Source: Vicugna vicugna (taxonomy: Eukaryota). Taken from it: 64,000 bases of DNA. Both the position numbers and the translations under genes were made by a program. This document shows positions 11,666 to 25,340 of this stretch, piece after piece (positions within the stretch are counted from its first letter, which is position 1; each line of letters begins with the position of its first letter). The DNA lies in assembly GCA_013265495.1 (NCBI GenBank), contig MU058636.1, positions 310,001 through 374,000 on the forward strand, written 5' to 3'. The notes under the pieces are model-generated. The model saw only the letters and a list, made by a program, of their open reading frames with translations. It was not told the DNA's origin and made no database searches.

Positions 11666-14342
11666 TAATTTCCTGATGCTGATTTTTGTTTTATGTCTTT
11701 AAAGTGTTTTGTGTAAGTGCCTCTGGGCTGCTCAAACGCGCTGGTAGATGGCGTTTTATGGAACTCTTCGTTCACAGGGCCAGGAGAAGTTTCCCAAAAT
11801 CAAATGAAGATACGCTGATGAGGATTATCTGCCTATTATAAACATTAAAACTATGATGTTTTCCTGAAGAGTATTAGAGACACATACATAGGATAGAGAA
11901 TTCAGGAGTTGACAAGAGTCTGAGTTTCTTAACGGCTTCACAAAAATGTAGTGTAAGAGACTCGGAGCATGTTTTCACTAAGTTTAAATATGCATCATTG
12001 TTTTATGTAATTATAGCCATTTTAATGATTTTTACCAATTGGTAGGTTTTTCTAAGAGTCTCACATCTTTCTCTTCCCTGTCTGGACTGGCAGTCTCTTT
12101 GCTTGCTAAGCATCACAGACCTGAAAATGGAAGAAAGGGAATTTAAGTCCAAATAGCTCTCTTAGTGTTAAGGAGGCACATTTTCTAATTTTGATTTTTT
12201 GAGTTTTTTTAAAGTTATCTGGTACTTCTGTCACCCTTGTGGGGTCCCACGCCCTGGTGTGTATGTGGTAAGATGAGTAAGTTAGGAGCACATGGCTTCT
12301 AACGTATTTACGGAACTAAACTCAGTGCCACAGCTCACTTGAGGAAGAAACATGCTGGCACGTCTGAATCCGAGCAACTGGTGTCCTCTTCAGAGGAGTC
12401 TCCTGGAACATTATCACCTGAGTCCAGTGGGTCCCTTTCCTTCAGCCTTCTCTTTGAATCAGTTCTGTCTCTCCGGGAACCTCGTGGTCGACAATACCGG
12501 CCGTCTGGGGTGGATTTTACCTTTTTCTTTCTAATAGACAGAAGCCGTGTAATCAGCTTTTACTAAGGCTGTAGCTAATCAGATGCATTTTTGGACTCCC
12601 AGACAAGGGAGATTAAAGTCACCAAGGACTGATATGTCACCAGTGATGTACGCACAGTCTCTGAAGCACCAGTGTGAACTTTGTGCTTGCTGTCTCCGAG
12701 ACACGTGTTCCTGGAGAAGAGTGAGATGTGCCTGTGTTGACCGGCACCACTACTAGACTGCAGACCCATGGCTGACAGCCCTTGGTGATGCCGGCAGCCT
12801 TTTTATCGGTGAAGGGTAGCACATTTGCTTTTTGTGTAATGTCTCTCTGTGTATAGGTATTATTTCCCATGTAATTTTGGCATAAAACACCTACTAGTGG
12901 CAGGTGGCTCCTGCTGTTCATATAGGGCACACAAAGCCGGCTGCTGCCCTGAAATACTTACCACTCAGGGGTATTAAAGTGGCTCACTGCTCTCCCAGGG
13001 CAGTGAGAAAGAAGTGCGTTACCCCTCAGCTTAAAATTGCACTGTCAGTGATCAGCTGTCCCGTCACGGTCAGGTCTGGAGTGTTCCTGCGGGGCCAGTG
13101 CCCTCCCACCCCGGCCCCGGCCGCAGCCCTCACCTCCCCAGAGCCCTCTCACCCGTGTCTGCCATGACAAGCATCAGTGCCCTGATGGCGCAGCCGTCCT
13201 GCCCTCAGGAGCACATCCCCTGTCCGGTTGCGTTACGCCTGCGTTCATCAGGGTCCAGCTAAGTTTGGATAAACTCAAATGAAAGCAAAAGGCCAAAAAT
13301 AAACCCAGAAAACACGGGTGGCCTGTTGTCCCCGACGGAAGGTTTTACTCGTCTGTGGAATGAGGCTTCTCAGAGCTCTCAAGGTAATTGATACCTGTCC
13401 ACAGTTTCTTTTCCCATTAACAGCTTTACTATTTTGTGCTTTTTTTTGAAGAAGGTGTAGCAACGTGTGTAGTTTTGGTTCTGGAAGCACTCATGTCCGT
13501 TAGATAGTTTAAAATTGACTTTTTAAAGTGAATGCTTCCCAAGACCACTAGAAGGTGACGCCTTCTGCTTAGAGCTGATGACTGTCAAAGTCTCTGATTT
13601 ATCCTAGAGCTTTTCTAGACTCAGTTTTCATGAGCGGATCCGTGGAAGTCAGACACGTCTTGGGTGCTGCGTGTCTTCCGACAGCCAGGGGGCTGATGTT
13701 CTGTGAGAGCCGTGTCTGAATGACTTTTTCCCTTTGTGTTCAGAACTCAGGTTTGTAGCCCTGGCTGATGCTGAGGGTCCAGTGTCGTTTTCTGAGTTAG
13801 GGTGTCTATTGAGCCTGCAGACGATTCAGTGCAGAGCTCCAGACGCGGTGTTCGACTTGTCCATGCCGGACCACGGGCGACGGCGGTGAGCAGCCTGGCG
13901 TCGCGCTCCGCACGCAGGGTGGATTATAAGCTGGGGTTCCAGTCCACATTCCTCGCTCCCTCAGTAACGTGCACTCTTACTGACGTGTCTCCCATCCTCC
14001 TGGTTGGATATGCTGTCCGTTTGAGCGCATTCTCTGTACGTTTTCCCAGGGGACATGTGGGAAGAAGGGCAGGTACCCAGCAGCTCGGTTGGGATGAACG
14101 CCGGGCGCTCTGCTGCGGGGCTGTCCCGGCGCGGCCCTCGGTCCTCACGTGTGAGCAGTCCTAGGGCTCGCGGTGGGCAGTGCGGAGTTCACTGGATCGC
14201 GCTCTGGTTAATGACCGCGCTATGTGCTACTGGGTCTCGGGGCTCCTGACTTCTGGTGTAGGGCTCATTTTAAACGCATTCACGGAGCTTTCATGAAGAC
14301 CCTTCTCTGAAACTTGAGTTAGAAGACCTGGGAGGAGGAAAT

Positions 14343-14415
14343 AGTATTTCGTCCATTCTAAGACGCGTGTTGTTTTCATGCTTCATTGTCCCTGGAATTG
14401 GGGTGCCTTATGATT
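14343..14415 (+). mobile_element. MER104/Kanga-like DNA transposon fragment
   Basis: gtatttcgtccattctaagacgc...ttggggtgccttatgattg resembles the recalled TcMar-Tc2 terminus. Confidence 0.4.
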
Positions 14416-14504
14416 GTTGACTCTGACAATTTTCTCATTTCCCTTCAAAGGTGACGTTTGGTGCCTGGTGCTGCTGTTTCTCTTCAGCATTTGCTCTGTT
14501 TCTC

Positions 14505-14642
14505 TATCATTCATCCGTCATCTGCCCATCATCCACTGTCCATTCATCATTCATCCATCCATTTATCCATCTGTCCATCCGTCTATCCATGTATTCATCC
14601 ATCCATCTATCCATCATCTGTCTGCCCATCCATCCGTCCATC
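14505..14642. repeat. Degenerate (CCAT/TCCA)n tetranucleotide repeat
   Basis: catccatccatttatccatctgtccatcc... It accounts for the His/Pro/Ser/Ile-rich pseudo-ORFs here. Confidence 0.9.
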
Positions 14643-17600
14643 ACAGTTTCAGAATCTATTTAAAGTGTAACTTTTGGTTCATGCCTTGAAAATAGATACA
14701 CTTTGTCCAACCAAGTTTGGGGATATCTGTGTCTCTCATGTGCCTGGAGTGTTATGTGGATACAGTCATCCTGCCTGTGGCTTTGAGGTCCTTTGGAGCT
14801 GGCGCAGTGCCAGGACCCCGCTGTTCTGTGCTTGGGTTTATGCTAACGAGCTGTGTTTCCAGGAGTTGGCCATCTTCTTTTTCAGCTTAAAAGTTCGGCA
14901 TCTGCCAGTCTGAAGTGAAGTTCCATCTGTGGGCTTTGTGGGTCGTGTAGTCCCTGTTCCCTTATTACAGCTGGGTGAAGCATCTGTCACAGAGTCGGAC
15001 AGTGGATGTGGGGTTTTCAGACTCTCAGTTTTTTCTAACGGAGGTAGGAGGCATGAGGACAACACCCAGTGCATATTCCATTTTAAAGTCATCATGCTGA
15101 GAGTCTCTTTCACTGAGGACCGTCTGAGTTGGGATCCCACTGCCCCTCCCCCTGCATTTTGTTGCCCATCATTTGATACCTTCAAAACGCTTCTGTAGTC
15201 TTAGAAGCTTCGTTTCTGAGAGTAAGAAAATGTAGACTTGCCTGTCCTATTCTTGACCGTTGGTCAGGTTCTCAGGGGGTCCTGGGGGAAGGTGGCCACG
15301 TTCCAGTTCCAGTGTTGTTCAGGGAAGAGTCAGGTATGGGATTTCTTGATGATCTGCAGCTCCCTTGTTGCCAGATGCTCCCCTGTAGGCTTGGGGAACT
15401 TACAATCCGTAATTGGGGTCTAAGTTAATTAGGAGACCAACTCAGGAACGAAACAGATGAGAAGGTACCAGTTGTGCAGTGAGGATGCCAAGCAGGTCTG
15501 GCGTTAGTGGTAGTTGTGCTGTAAGTGTTAGCCCAGCGTGTGACGTATTACATCTAAGTCCTTTATGTAAGTTTTGTATTTACTTCCAGTTGAGACAGGC
15601 ATTATCTCCCTTTTAAAGATAGAACTGGGGCACAGATAGCAAGCAACTTGGCTTGGACCACACAGGAAAGAGGATGCTGAAAATCTGAGCACAAAACTGT
15701 GATACATAATGCTCACTCCCCAGAAGGGAAGACACAAGTCCAAGAGGCCGGGGAAGGCTTCACGGATGAGACAGGTTTAGAACGTGAGCCTCGGGATTTG
15801 TTTGTGTAAAGCAACTAAACAAACAAAAGAAGAATAATGGCTCAGTTATGGGGAGATCACGCGGTCAGGCTGAGGCTGCGTGTTCCTCTCTGGGATGGAG
15901 CAGGGTCTGGGGATCTGGAGGGGGAAGGTGCCCGGGTGTGGTTCTGTGGATGAGCCTCAGGGTCCTGGTTCTCTGATGAGGAAGGACTGCACTGAGCATC
16001 CTTGTTGCAGCCTGGAGGAGATGAAGGGTTCTTCTTTCATCACCTGGGCCTGATGTCTGCAACATGTTCCCTACACTCACAGTCAAACATTGAGTGACAG
16101 TCTCCCTAAAATTAGTTAGAACCAGCAACACACTTGTTCAGGATTTGGAACCAAGTTGAATCCCACGGGCGGGGAGCTTGGTCGGTCCTAGATACGTGAT
16201 TAGTAAGGATAAGCTGTCCCTAACCCTTACAAGACAGTCTCCAAAGAGGTCTAGGTCTGGATGTCTTTGACGATATCTTAGCTTAAAAACGGAGGCCCCG
16301 ATGGCGGGTTCTGAGAGGTCTGGCTGGGTGACACTTTCTAGTGTGAATGATTATTTTACTTTCGTGAAATCAAGTCCTGCTCTAAGGACCACAGACTCTG
16401 TAATGTTTTGATTTCTTTGAGTGTTGATTACACTCAGGCAGCAGAAAGACTGAGCACTTTTGTGGTGTGCCGTTCACTGCAGCTGCAGCAAAAAGTGAAA
16501 TCCCAGAGGCTCCCTTCTCGGCCACTTTATGGTCGTTTTGTTAGATTGTGAGATTAGAGAACTAGACCTCAGTTTACAAGTGTGGATTGATGTTTCGTAC
16601 CTGGCTTCTCTCCAAGAGTTGATCTCATTTTATCCAAAAACATTAGGAATCAAGCACAAACTTGGGTTGACATAACTTAATTTGCCACATTAGCTAAGTC
16701 ATGTTTAACTGTGTTAAACGGCCATGGTCTGCCTAGAGCAAGTGTTCTATGTGATAATTCTCTAAGCACAATCTTGCTACGTTTTCCAAATTGATAAAAA
16801 AAGAGAACCTGTTTCTTCTCAGAAACCTTGAGTTTTGTGTGTTTAATCCACGAAGGTGTCAGTGGCTTCATGTATTACCCTCTCCCTCTAACGGCTAGAA
16901 GAATACTTGGAGCTTTTCCGTAACAGTTCATGCAGCTTCTCTTGTCAAGTGACATTTCGCTTAAATATAAAATTTGCAGATATTAAATTGCAAAATATAA
17001 ATAAATTGCAAACTAGGGAAGAAAGCAGCAAGTGATGGTTTAGAAATTACCGCCGACTTCCTCAGCCGTTGTCCAGGCCGCCGCCGGCCAGCAGGCCCTT
17101 TGTGCTCGCTGTGCTAAGTCTGTAGCAGTCTGCGTTGCGTGGAGCTGCGGGAAGCCTCCGGGGCCGAGGAGGAGTGAGCCTGATGAGGAGAGTGGTGATC
17201 AAAGTCCGATCTCCCATCTGTGAGTGAGAACGAAATAGAGGCCTCCCTTCTGCACGTAGTCTGAGAATTTCTAGGAGGGAAGAATCCATTGGTAAAATTT
17301 TAGTGGGAAGCAAAGAGCTCAATTATTTCAGTCCCGCCGGGCAGAACATTAAACAGCATTCTGGGGAAAGCTCATTTTCACTCATCAGTGTAGTTAAAAC
17401 ATGGACCCGAGCAAGTTTGAAAATGTATAGAAAGCTGTGCCTTATTTCCTCACTTTATTCGTCCTCTTAGAGGCTTAACAGGTATTTGCCCACGTGGTCC
17501 TGTGATTTTAAATTATTCAGTTGTTTTAGCTTTTAAAATTATATGTGGTGGTTTTAACCAGTGAAATAATCTCATTCCCTTGAGATAACTGTTGTTAACT

Positions 17601-17832
17601 GCCTGGTCTAGATCTTTATGGTATTGCTTTTAAAAAAAAGTTGAATTAAGTAAGAGCCATAATTTTGTGCATTGAAGTTTGTGTTCTGAGGTAATTTACA
17701 AAATGATCCTCACAAATGACACTCATTTGTGAAGGATACGCTTCACATATTCCAAAATAAACAAAACAATCGCTTGTTTTCTCCCGCCGCCCCCACCCCA
17801 GAAAAGCCAAGGTTTCCTCATCTTAATTTATG

Positions 17833-18670
17833 TTTCTTTTTTAAATTGAAGTACAGTTGATTTGCAGTGTTGTGTTAGTTTCTGATGTAGCACGTAGTGG
17901 TTCAGTTATACAAGTGTATGTTCTCTTTCAGGTTCTTCTTCATTGTAGGTTATTACAAGATACTGAATATACAGTAGGTCCTTGTTTGTCTATTTTGTTT
18001 ATAGTAGTTTGCGTCTTTTAATCTGAAGCTCCTAACTTAACCCCCTCTATTCCTTTCCCCTTTGGTAACTGACCACAAGTTTGTTTTTTATGTCTTTGAG
18101 TCTCTTTCTGTGTTGTAGATAAGTTCATTTGTGTCATTTTTTAAGATTCCACATAGAAGTGATATCATATGGTGTTTTTCTTTCTCTGTCTAACTTCCTT
18201 CAGTCAGTATGATCATCTCTGTGTCCATCCATGTTGCTGTAAAGCCATTCTTTTTATGGCTGAGTAGTATTCCATTGTGTAAATATACCACATCTTCTTT
18301 AGTCATCTGTGGATGGACATTTAGGTTGCTTCCATGTCTTGGCTTTTGTAAATAATGCTGCTGTGAACATGGAGGTGCATGTATCTTTCTGAATTAGAGT
18401 TTTCTCTGGACATATGCCCAGGAGTGGAATTGCTGGATCATACGGTAACTCGTTTTTAGTTTTTACAGGAATCTCTGTGCTGTTTTCTACAGTGGCTGCA
18501 CCAGATCACATTCTCACCAGCATCTCACCAGGAGGGTTCCTTTTCTCCACACGTTTTCCAGCATTTATCATTTGTGGACTTTTTAATACCCTTCTGACCA
18601 GTGTGAGGTGATACCTCCTTGTTAGTTTTGATTTGCATTTCTCAGATAGTTAGCGTTTTGAGCATAATTT
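17833..18670 (-). mobile_element. L1 3' end (antisense)
   Basis: ttgaagtacagttgattt..., tttatggctgagtagtattccattg, ggaattgctggatcata. Confidence 0.9.
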
Positions 18671-19855
18671 TTGTCTGTCAAATTCTATTTTGTGCCTGTG
18701 AGTAGGTTTCTTAAGGATGAAAAGAGGACACAGACGCAGCAATTCCTTGACTCGTCCATCAGTTAAAAGCCTGTCTCCTCATCAGGTAGACACAGGTGCT
18801 GTGGAAACAGGTGTTTGGACTGTTCCTGGGAGAAAGCGCAGGCTCCTGCTGCCCGAGCACAGCAGTGGTTCCAGCCCTTCCCTGGGACGGTCCCCTGCGT
18901 CCTCGCCCGAGGGTTGATACTCTTCATGCTGTTTGGTCCCGTGTCTGTGATCGTTGGTCCATTAGGGTCATAAGGGCCACGTTTCTAGGTGGAAGGACTC
19001 TTTTCTTGCCTTTTCTCAGTGAGGTAGATGGAGATGGGGCTGGTGGAAAGCCCATGTTCGTGCCAGGTCTCTCAAGGGTCACCCGAGGGTGGAGGTGGGT
19101 TGGAAGAAGGGCCCCGGTGGGCATCCCTGGGTGTGGGGATTTGAACAGGAGCCAGCAGAGGCTCTCACCTTGGTCGTGGTGTCACGGGGTGTCACCAGCT
19201 GTCACGCGTGGACCACAAAGTCTGAGTAGCAAAGGGCTCCATAGGAAATGTGCCTGCCACGCAGGAGACGCAGGAAAGGGCGGCTTGCCTAACCCGCAGA
19301 GATGCTGTGGTCTGAAAATGTGATGGGAAGCATTAAGGATTAGTACTGGGACACTCTTGTTCCAAACTTTTATTTTTTTAAACGCAGATTTCATTCTTGA
19401 AACAGGGATGGCTTTGAGCTTTTGCAGGAAAAATGACTCCGTCCTTGAATCCTAGGACTCCTTCGACACCTGCTGTGAGAATTACCTGCTTCTTTAAAAA
19501 GCAAGTGAGGGTCTTGATATTCCAGGAGGCACGTTTATGCCGGCTTGGGAGCATCGTTTGATTCCGCGTGTCTTCCTGAAGTGTTGGCTATTATTTTAGA
19601 GAACCCACAGCTCATCCTCATATCCTACAAGGATTACAGGGATAAAGGAAAATCCACAGAAAATTGACGAGTACTTATTTCAGCCATTAGTTATGAAGCC
19701 CTTCCAGGCGGTTCTATTCGCATGTCTGCAAGAGTCGCAGTCCATGGAAACGTTCCCTGCCCCCTTTCCTGTGCAGTGCCTCTGTATGAACCCATAGGCA
19801 CAACATGCTAGTGAGGAAGCTACAGGAACGGAGGCTGACTTCAGATAAGCACTGA

Positions 19856-20071
<216 letters not shown>

Positions 20072-21179
20072 TAATCAAAAAGCAGTAGATGAAACTATGC
20101 AGTGTGTCTTCTGTTTTAGTTTCTGTATAGATGTCATTAAGTCCTCTCTTTAAACATCAAAAGAGGAAGCTCCAAACGTTGCTTCTGGTCGCACTCTATT
20201 TCGCTCACCTGGAATTGTGCAGTAAAACGGGATAGTTTTAATCCTGTCTGACTTCCGGTTATGATTGTGTTCAGTGGTGATGGACGTCTCCAGTGTGGTT
20301 GCTAAGGAGACACTTAGGGTTTTCTTTCTAGCACAGATTTTGAAGTAAGGGTGAGAGTCAAATGTCAGGAGTTGTTTGCATTCAGCTGGTGATGGGATAC
20401 GTAGGCACCAAGCTCCCTCACGTCCCAGTGCCACCAGCTCACCCGCCCCGTCACGGCCCGAAGCCACTGAGGAGACCCTGGCTGGGAGCTGGACTGAGAG
20501 TTGAGAGTGGACAGTGACCTGCTTGGTGGTTTAACAGGAAGACATGAGCTAAACACCAAGACTCCGTTTGTCAGGACAGTGAACGAGTGCATCACTGGCA
20601 GGCCCCCTCGGCCACACTTGCTGTCACTCCATCATATTTAAATGCCAGTGCCAGGACCAGTGGCAGGGTTGGTGACACTTGTAAAGGGGGAGGTACAGTC
20701 CAGAGATTTCTGTACTTGCAAACGGTGGGGCCATGAGTCCTCCTGTCAAGACCAGGGCACCCAACCAGTTCAGGACTCCAAAGGCAGGAGTCAGGGAGAA
20801 TCCGTGTGCCACCGAGGCCCCACTGGCAAGATGCCCTCCTCGGGCTCGAGAGCCTCAGGAGTTGTCCCAGTGCACCCCTCAGCTTTGGGCCACTGTGTGC
20901 AAGAAGCCCAGCAGCCCCAGGTCACCTCTCATCTCCTGGACATAATTGTCACCTGCTCTGGGGGAGCGAGGAAAACCCTCACCCCACCCAAGTGTTCCCA
21001 CCTCCCCTAGAGCCCCCATCCCACTTGCCTCTATTTTTCTCTCTAGAACTTCCCGTCATTGGAAGTAATATGTATTATACGTACAGCATATATGAAACTG
21101 TATTTATACAAATATGGGAATATACTACAGAAACATACTTATATAATATTTATATATGTAGGGGAAATACACCGAAGAT

Positions 21180-21800
21180 TTACCACCTTAAGCATTTTTA
21201 AGTGTCTATTTCAGTGGCATTGAGTGTGTTCTCATTTCACAGAGCATCACGTCCTCAAGGTCCATCCGTGCTGTGACAGGCGTCCGGATTTCCTTCCTTT
21301 TCACGGCTGAGTAGCATTCCAGTGTGTGGATGGGCCATATTGTGTTCCACGGACACTTGGGTTGCTCCACCTTTTGGTCACCGTGAATGAGGCTGCGATG
21401 AGCCTGAGTGTACAAATATCTCTTTGAGACCCTTCAGTTCTTTTGGGTATATATTTCACCCAGAAGTGAGACTGCTTCGTCACGTGGTAATTTTAGGTTT
21501 TAACTTTTTGAGGAGCCGCCATGCTTTTTTCCACACACCTCACTTTGTGCACAAGAGTTCCAGTTTCTCCACATCCTTGCCAACATTTGCTATTTTCTGG
21601 GCTTTCCTTGGCTTGAGTTGGATAGTAGCCATGCTGAGGTGTGCGAGGTGGTGTCTTGGTGGTTTTGATTGTGTATTTCCCTGAGGAGCAGTGATGCTGA
21701 GCGCCTTTTCGAGTGCTTATTGTCCGTTTGTGTATCTTATTTGGAGAAACGTCTGTTCAGTCCTTTGCCCATTTTAAAATTAGGATGTTGACTTTTTTTT
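21180..21800 (-). mobile_element. Older L1M (L1MB-like) 3' fragment
   Basis: caaggtccatccgtgctgtg..ttcacggctgagtagcattcc..gccaacatttgctattttctg..ttggagaaacgtctgttcag. Confidence 0.75.
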
Positions 21801-21848
21801 TGTGGGTGTGTGAAAGACTTTATGTTTTGTCTTTCTTCCTCTGGTCTG

Positions 21849-21960
21849 TAGAATGTAAGGTCCACGGAGCCGAAATCTGATTCTGTTTTTTAACTGTGAC
21901 TCTACCGCTAAAACAGTGCTTTGTGCAAATTAAGTACTCAGTTAAATGTCTGAATGAATG
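21849..21960 (+). mobile_element. L2 3' end
   Basis: tagaatgtaaggtccacg...aagtactcagttaaatgtctgaatgaatg, the L2 terminal (gaat)n signature. Confidence 0.65.
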
Positions 21961-21987
21961 CAGAAGCTTCAGATGATTTCCCAGTGA

Positions 21988-22175
21988 CCGGTCAGAACTT
22001 CCGGGTAAAGGCGGGTCTTGCCGCCGAGGCGGGGGCGGGGTAGCGGGACGGGCGCCGGCGGGAGGAGGGCGGCAAGCGCGCGGTGGGCGGTGATGGTGCG
22101 GAGGGGCGCCCGGAACGCGGGCTGCGCCCACCCGGCCTGGGAGCTGGGTGCGCTCAGTGTCTGTGCCCGGGGCTC
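21988..22175. promoter_or_regulatory. Small CpG/GC-rich promoter-like element with ETS and Sp1 motifs
   Basis: ACTTCCGG at 21997-22004, GGGGGCGGGG at 22031-22040, further GGGCGG boxes, CCGGAA at 22110-22115, and dense CpG. Function is inferred from motifs only. Confidence 0.5.
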
Positions 22176-23333
22176 CCTCGTTTCCTGAGGACCTTCTAGA
22201 TCTAAGACACCCACAGTCCTAAAAGAAGCCTCTTTTTCTGGAGGTGAGGCAGAGTGAGCCTCAGGTTTCCTCTCACACCAAGCGCTCTCTGGAGTCCAGG
22301 AGATGATGGACTGTCACCCCGCCTGGCACTGTGAGACCTGCAGCCCAGGCTGGGACTTGGTTTCCCCAGACCGAGGCGTGACTTGTGAAGCCAAGCAGAA
22401 GGCTTTAGGTACATGTGCCCGGCTTCCCTTGGGAACGTGTTCGGAATGGTTTTCCCTTAACAAGCTTTCAACTTCTGTTCGTATCAGGGCTGCAGGGTCT
22501 GAGGATCTGCGGAGCAGAGCTGCAGCCACCAGGTGCTCTTTCTGGTTACATACTCGAAGGGGCACCTCACATTTCTGCCCAGAGTCCTCCGCTGCCCCAT
22601 CTCCTCCACCATCCTTTAGTTTGGTTAAAGGCGTTCATATTCTCATGAAGATGTGGCTTAGTGGGCGTGGAATAAAAGCAGATCCCAGGGTAGTAAATGA
22701 GACAGTGCAGCCCTGGTGGGGCTCCCCGCCGAGCTTCTTAGGTTGCAGGGCTCTGGTGATGCAGCAGACAGGACAGGGGCCAGGGTGGGGATCACGAGTC
22801 CGGAGCACTGCACCTGCTCCCCACTTCACCTGCGTGTATGTGCTGGGGAACTCGGGGGCTTACGTCCAAGACCGAGAGCTGGCACCCGTCACCCTCCCCT
22901 GACCTGCAAGTCTGTCCAGGCTAGGACTCCGAATGCTCTGAAATGATTGGGATTTCCCTCTGTTTTGAGTTTCTCAGTTGTTGCCAAAATAGCATGTCAG
23001 CTCTGGGATACAGAGGAGACCAGTGGTCGTGGAAACGAGGCACATGAGGATGTGCCCCCTGTGGGGCACAGGAGGCTGTGTTAGGATGCCAGGAGAAAAC
23101 GTGATTTTTTTCTTCTTTTTTTTAAGATTAAGAAAAACTGCTGCGACTCCAGCTTTATTGATGACAGTGTATAGACTGGCACTGGCTCACTCAGTCCTAT
23201 TTCTGACGTGCTAACCAAGGATGGGAGGAGGGTGGGGGGGAGGGAGGCATGGACCCTCACAAGTGAGAAGGGGGCTCACGGGGGGCTCACTCATTTTGCT
23301 TTTAGCTCATTGTGAAACTTTGGAATCCTTGGA

Positions 23334-23469
23334 GGGGAGGGTAGAGCTCAGTGGTAGAGCGTGTGCTTAGCATGCATGAGGCCCTGGGTTCAATCCCCAG
23401 CACCTCCATTAAAGTACGTAAATAAATAAAACTATTTGCCACCATCCCTCTCCGTAAAAAAAAAAAAAA
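23334..23469 (+). mobile_element. Vic-1-like SINE
   Basis: ggggagggtagagctcagtggtagagcg...gggttcaatccccagcacctcc...A15 tail. Confidence 0.88.
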
Positions 23470-24048
23470 TGTTGCCATCTGGATTACTGGCTAAATGGAT
23501 TTATGGACTATATTTAGCTTTGGTTAAACTGACTCTCATAGGATGCCGGCTTAAAAGGATTTCTGTTAAAAAAAAAAAAGGACTTGCGATAACAGTAGTA
23601 AACAGAAGCTCCAACAGGACAGCACTGATGGACGCACACGCTGGTTCAGGTTCCCTTTGGCTGCTTGATGTATTAAAACAACGATCAGATCCGACAGGTT
23701 AAACAAATTTCGGCATTAGCCCCCAGGCTGCTGTCGTTAATCATGCATCTTGCCCTGTGTGCATCGTCATGCTATGTGGAAACATTAGCCGTGGTAAAAT
23801 GGAACGGTTGGAGTTAGTGAGATTTTAAAAACTCAGAATACTGAATATGAGAAAAAAATCTGCAGTGTTATCAGCGATACTTTGAAGAGGTGTGTTTAGA
23901 AATGCTCATATGGCTGTGTGACTTATTGCATCAAATGCGGGTCGTTTGTCTCAAGCGGTGGTCGGAGCCACCCCACCAGTGACAAAAGCTCGTGTCCGGG
24001 AGCGCTGGGCATTCTGTGTGACTCAGTGCTTTCAGTCCTCCCAGCAAC

Positions 24049-24206
24049 TTTTTTTTTTACATTTATTTATTGAGTAATAGTCATTTTACAATGTCATGTC
24101 AAATTCCAGTGTAGAGCACAATTTTTCAGTTATATGTGAACACATGTGTATTCATTGTCACATTTTTTTTCACTGTGAGCTACCACAAGGTCCTGTATAT
24201 ATTTAC
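24049..24206 (-). mobile_element. Short, young 5'-truncated L1 with TSD
   Basis: Poly-T followed by L1 3' terminal sequence; flanked by cccagcaact(t/c)tt at ~24040 and ~24207. Confidence 0.75.
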
Positions 24207-24559
24207 CCCCAGCAACTCTTAAAGGTAATGAGATTTTCCTTTTTCAAGGCTGGTGCTAAAATATGTGAAAATTTCTCTTATTTTTTCTAGCTGCCTGATA
24301 ATAAATTCCTGATAAGATTTACCTACTTGGTAGGATCGCCTAATGGTTGTATTTGTTCTTCAGCATCTTAAATTCAAATTATAAACCTTCTGGAAGGTAT
24401 TCTAGTCCAACTGAGCTATTCATTTGACCTTAACATTATTTCATTTAGATGCCTGCCTCCCTTTACTACCCAGAACTTAAATTTTAAAACAGTGTAAAAT
24501 AAAATGATCTTTATATTTTAAAAAACCCCACATTTTCTGTCAGGCATTGGTGAGAAGTG

Positions 24560-24712
24560 AAATGTTCTTCTGTGCTCTCCATTGCGATAGTCGCTCGCCC
24601 CAAGTGGGCATTCATCACTTGAAACATAACTAGTTTGACTGAGGAACCATCGATTTTAAGTAATTTAAGCAGCCACACGTGGCTAGTGGTGACTGTCCTG
24701 GACCGCACAGCG
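24560..24712. mobile_element. MER3-like hAT-Charlie MITE
   Basis: ctgtgctctcca...gactgaggaac...agccacacgtggctagtgg...ggaccgcacag. Confidence 0.6.
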
Positions 24713-24743
24713 CAGGTTGTTTCTAGGACCTTCCAGCACACGT

Positions 24744-25340
24744 CAGCAAACTATGGTCATTGGGCCAAATCTAGCTCACCACTGTTTGTTTTTTTCTTTT
24801 TGTCTCAGTTTTATTGGGATATAATTGACATTCAGCACTGTGTACATTTGGGGTGTACAGCATAGTGAATTGACTTACATACGTCATGAAATGATCACCA
24901 CAATAAGTTTAGTGAACATTATCTTGTATAGATACAAAATTAAATAGAAAAGCAACGTTTTCTTGTGATGAGAACTCTTAGGACTCACTCTGTCAACTTT
25001 CACAGATGACACTCAGCAGCGATCATCATATGGGTCACGTTGCACATGACATCCTCAGGACTTACTTACCTGATGCTTGGAAATTGGTACCTTTTGACCA
25101 GCTTCATCCAGTTCCCCCTCCTCCCATGCCCACCTCTGGCACCCACAAGTCTGATCTGTTTTTCTACGAGTTTGTTTGGTTTTGAAGTGTAATTGACTAA
25201 CAGCACGGTTAGAGTTCCTGTGATACAGCATAGTGATTTGACCACGTGTTTTGTAAAGTTTTATTGGAATACAGCCATCTACGTGTGGTCGATGGCTGCT
25301 TTAGTGCTGTGACGGCTGAGCTGGCTAATTGCAGCACAGC
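24744..25340. mobile_element. MER58-like hAT element split by an antisense L1 3' end (~24795-25240)
   Basis: cagcaaactatgg..gggccaaatctagc | L1 3'UTR | tgtaaagttttattggaatacagccat..gatggctgcttt. Confidence 0.6.
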
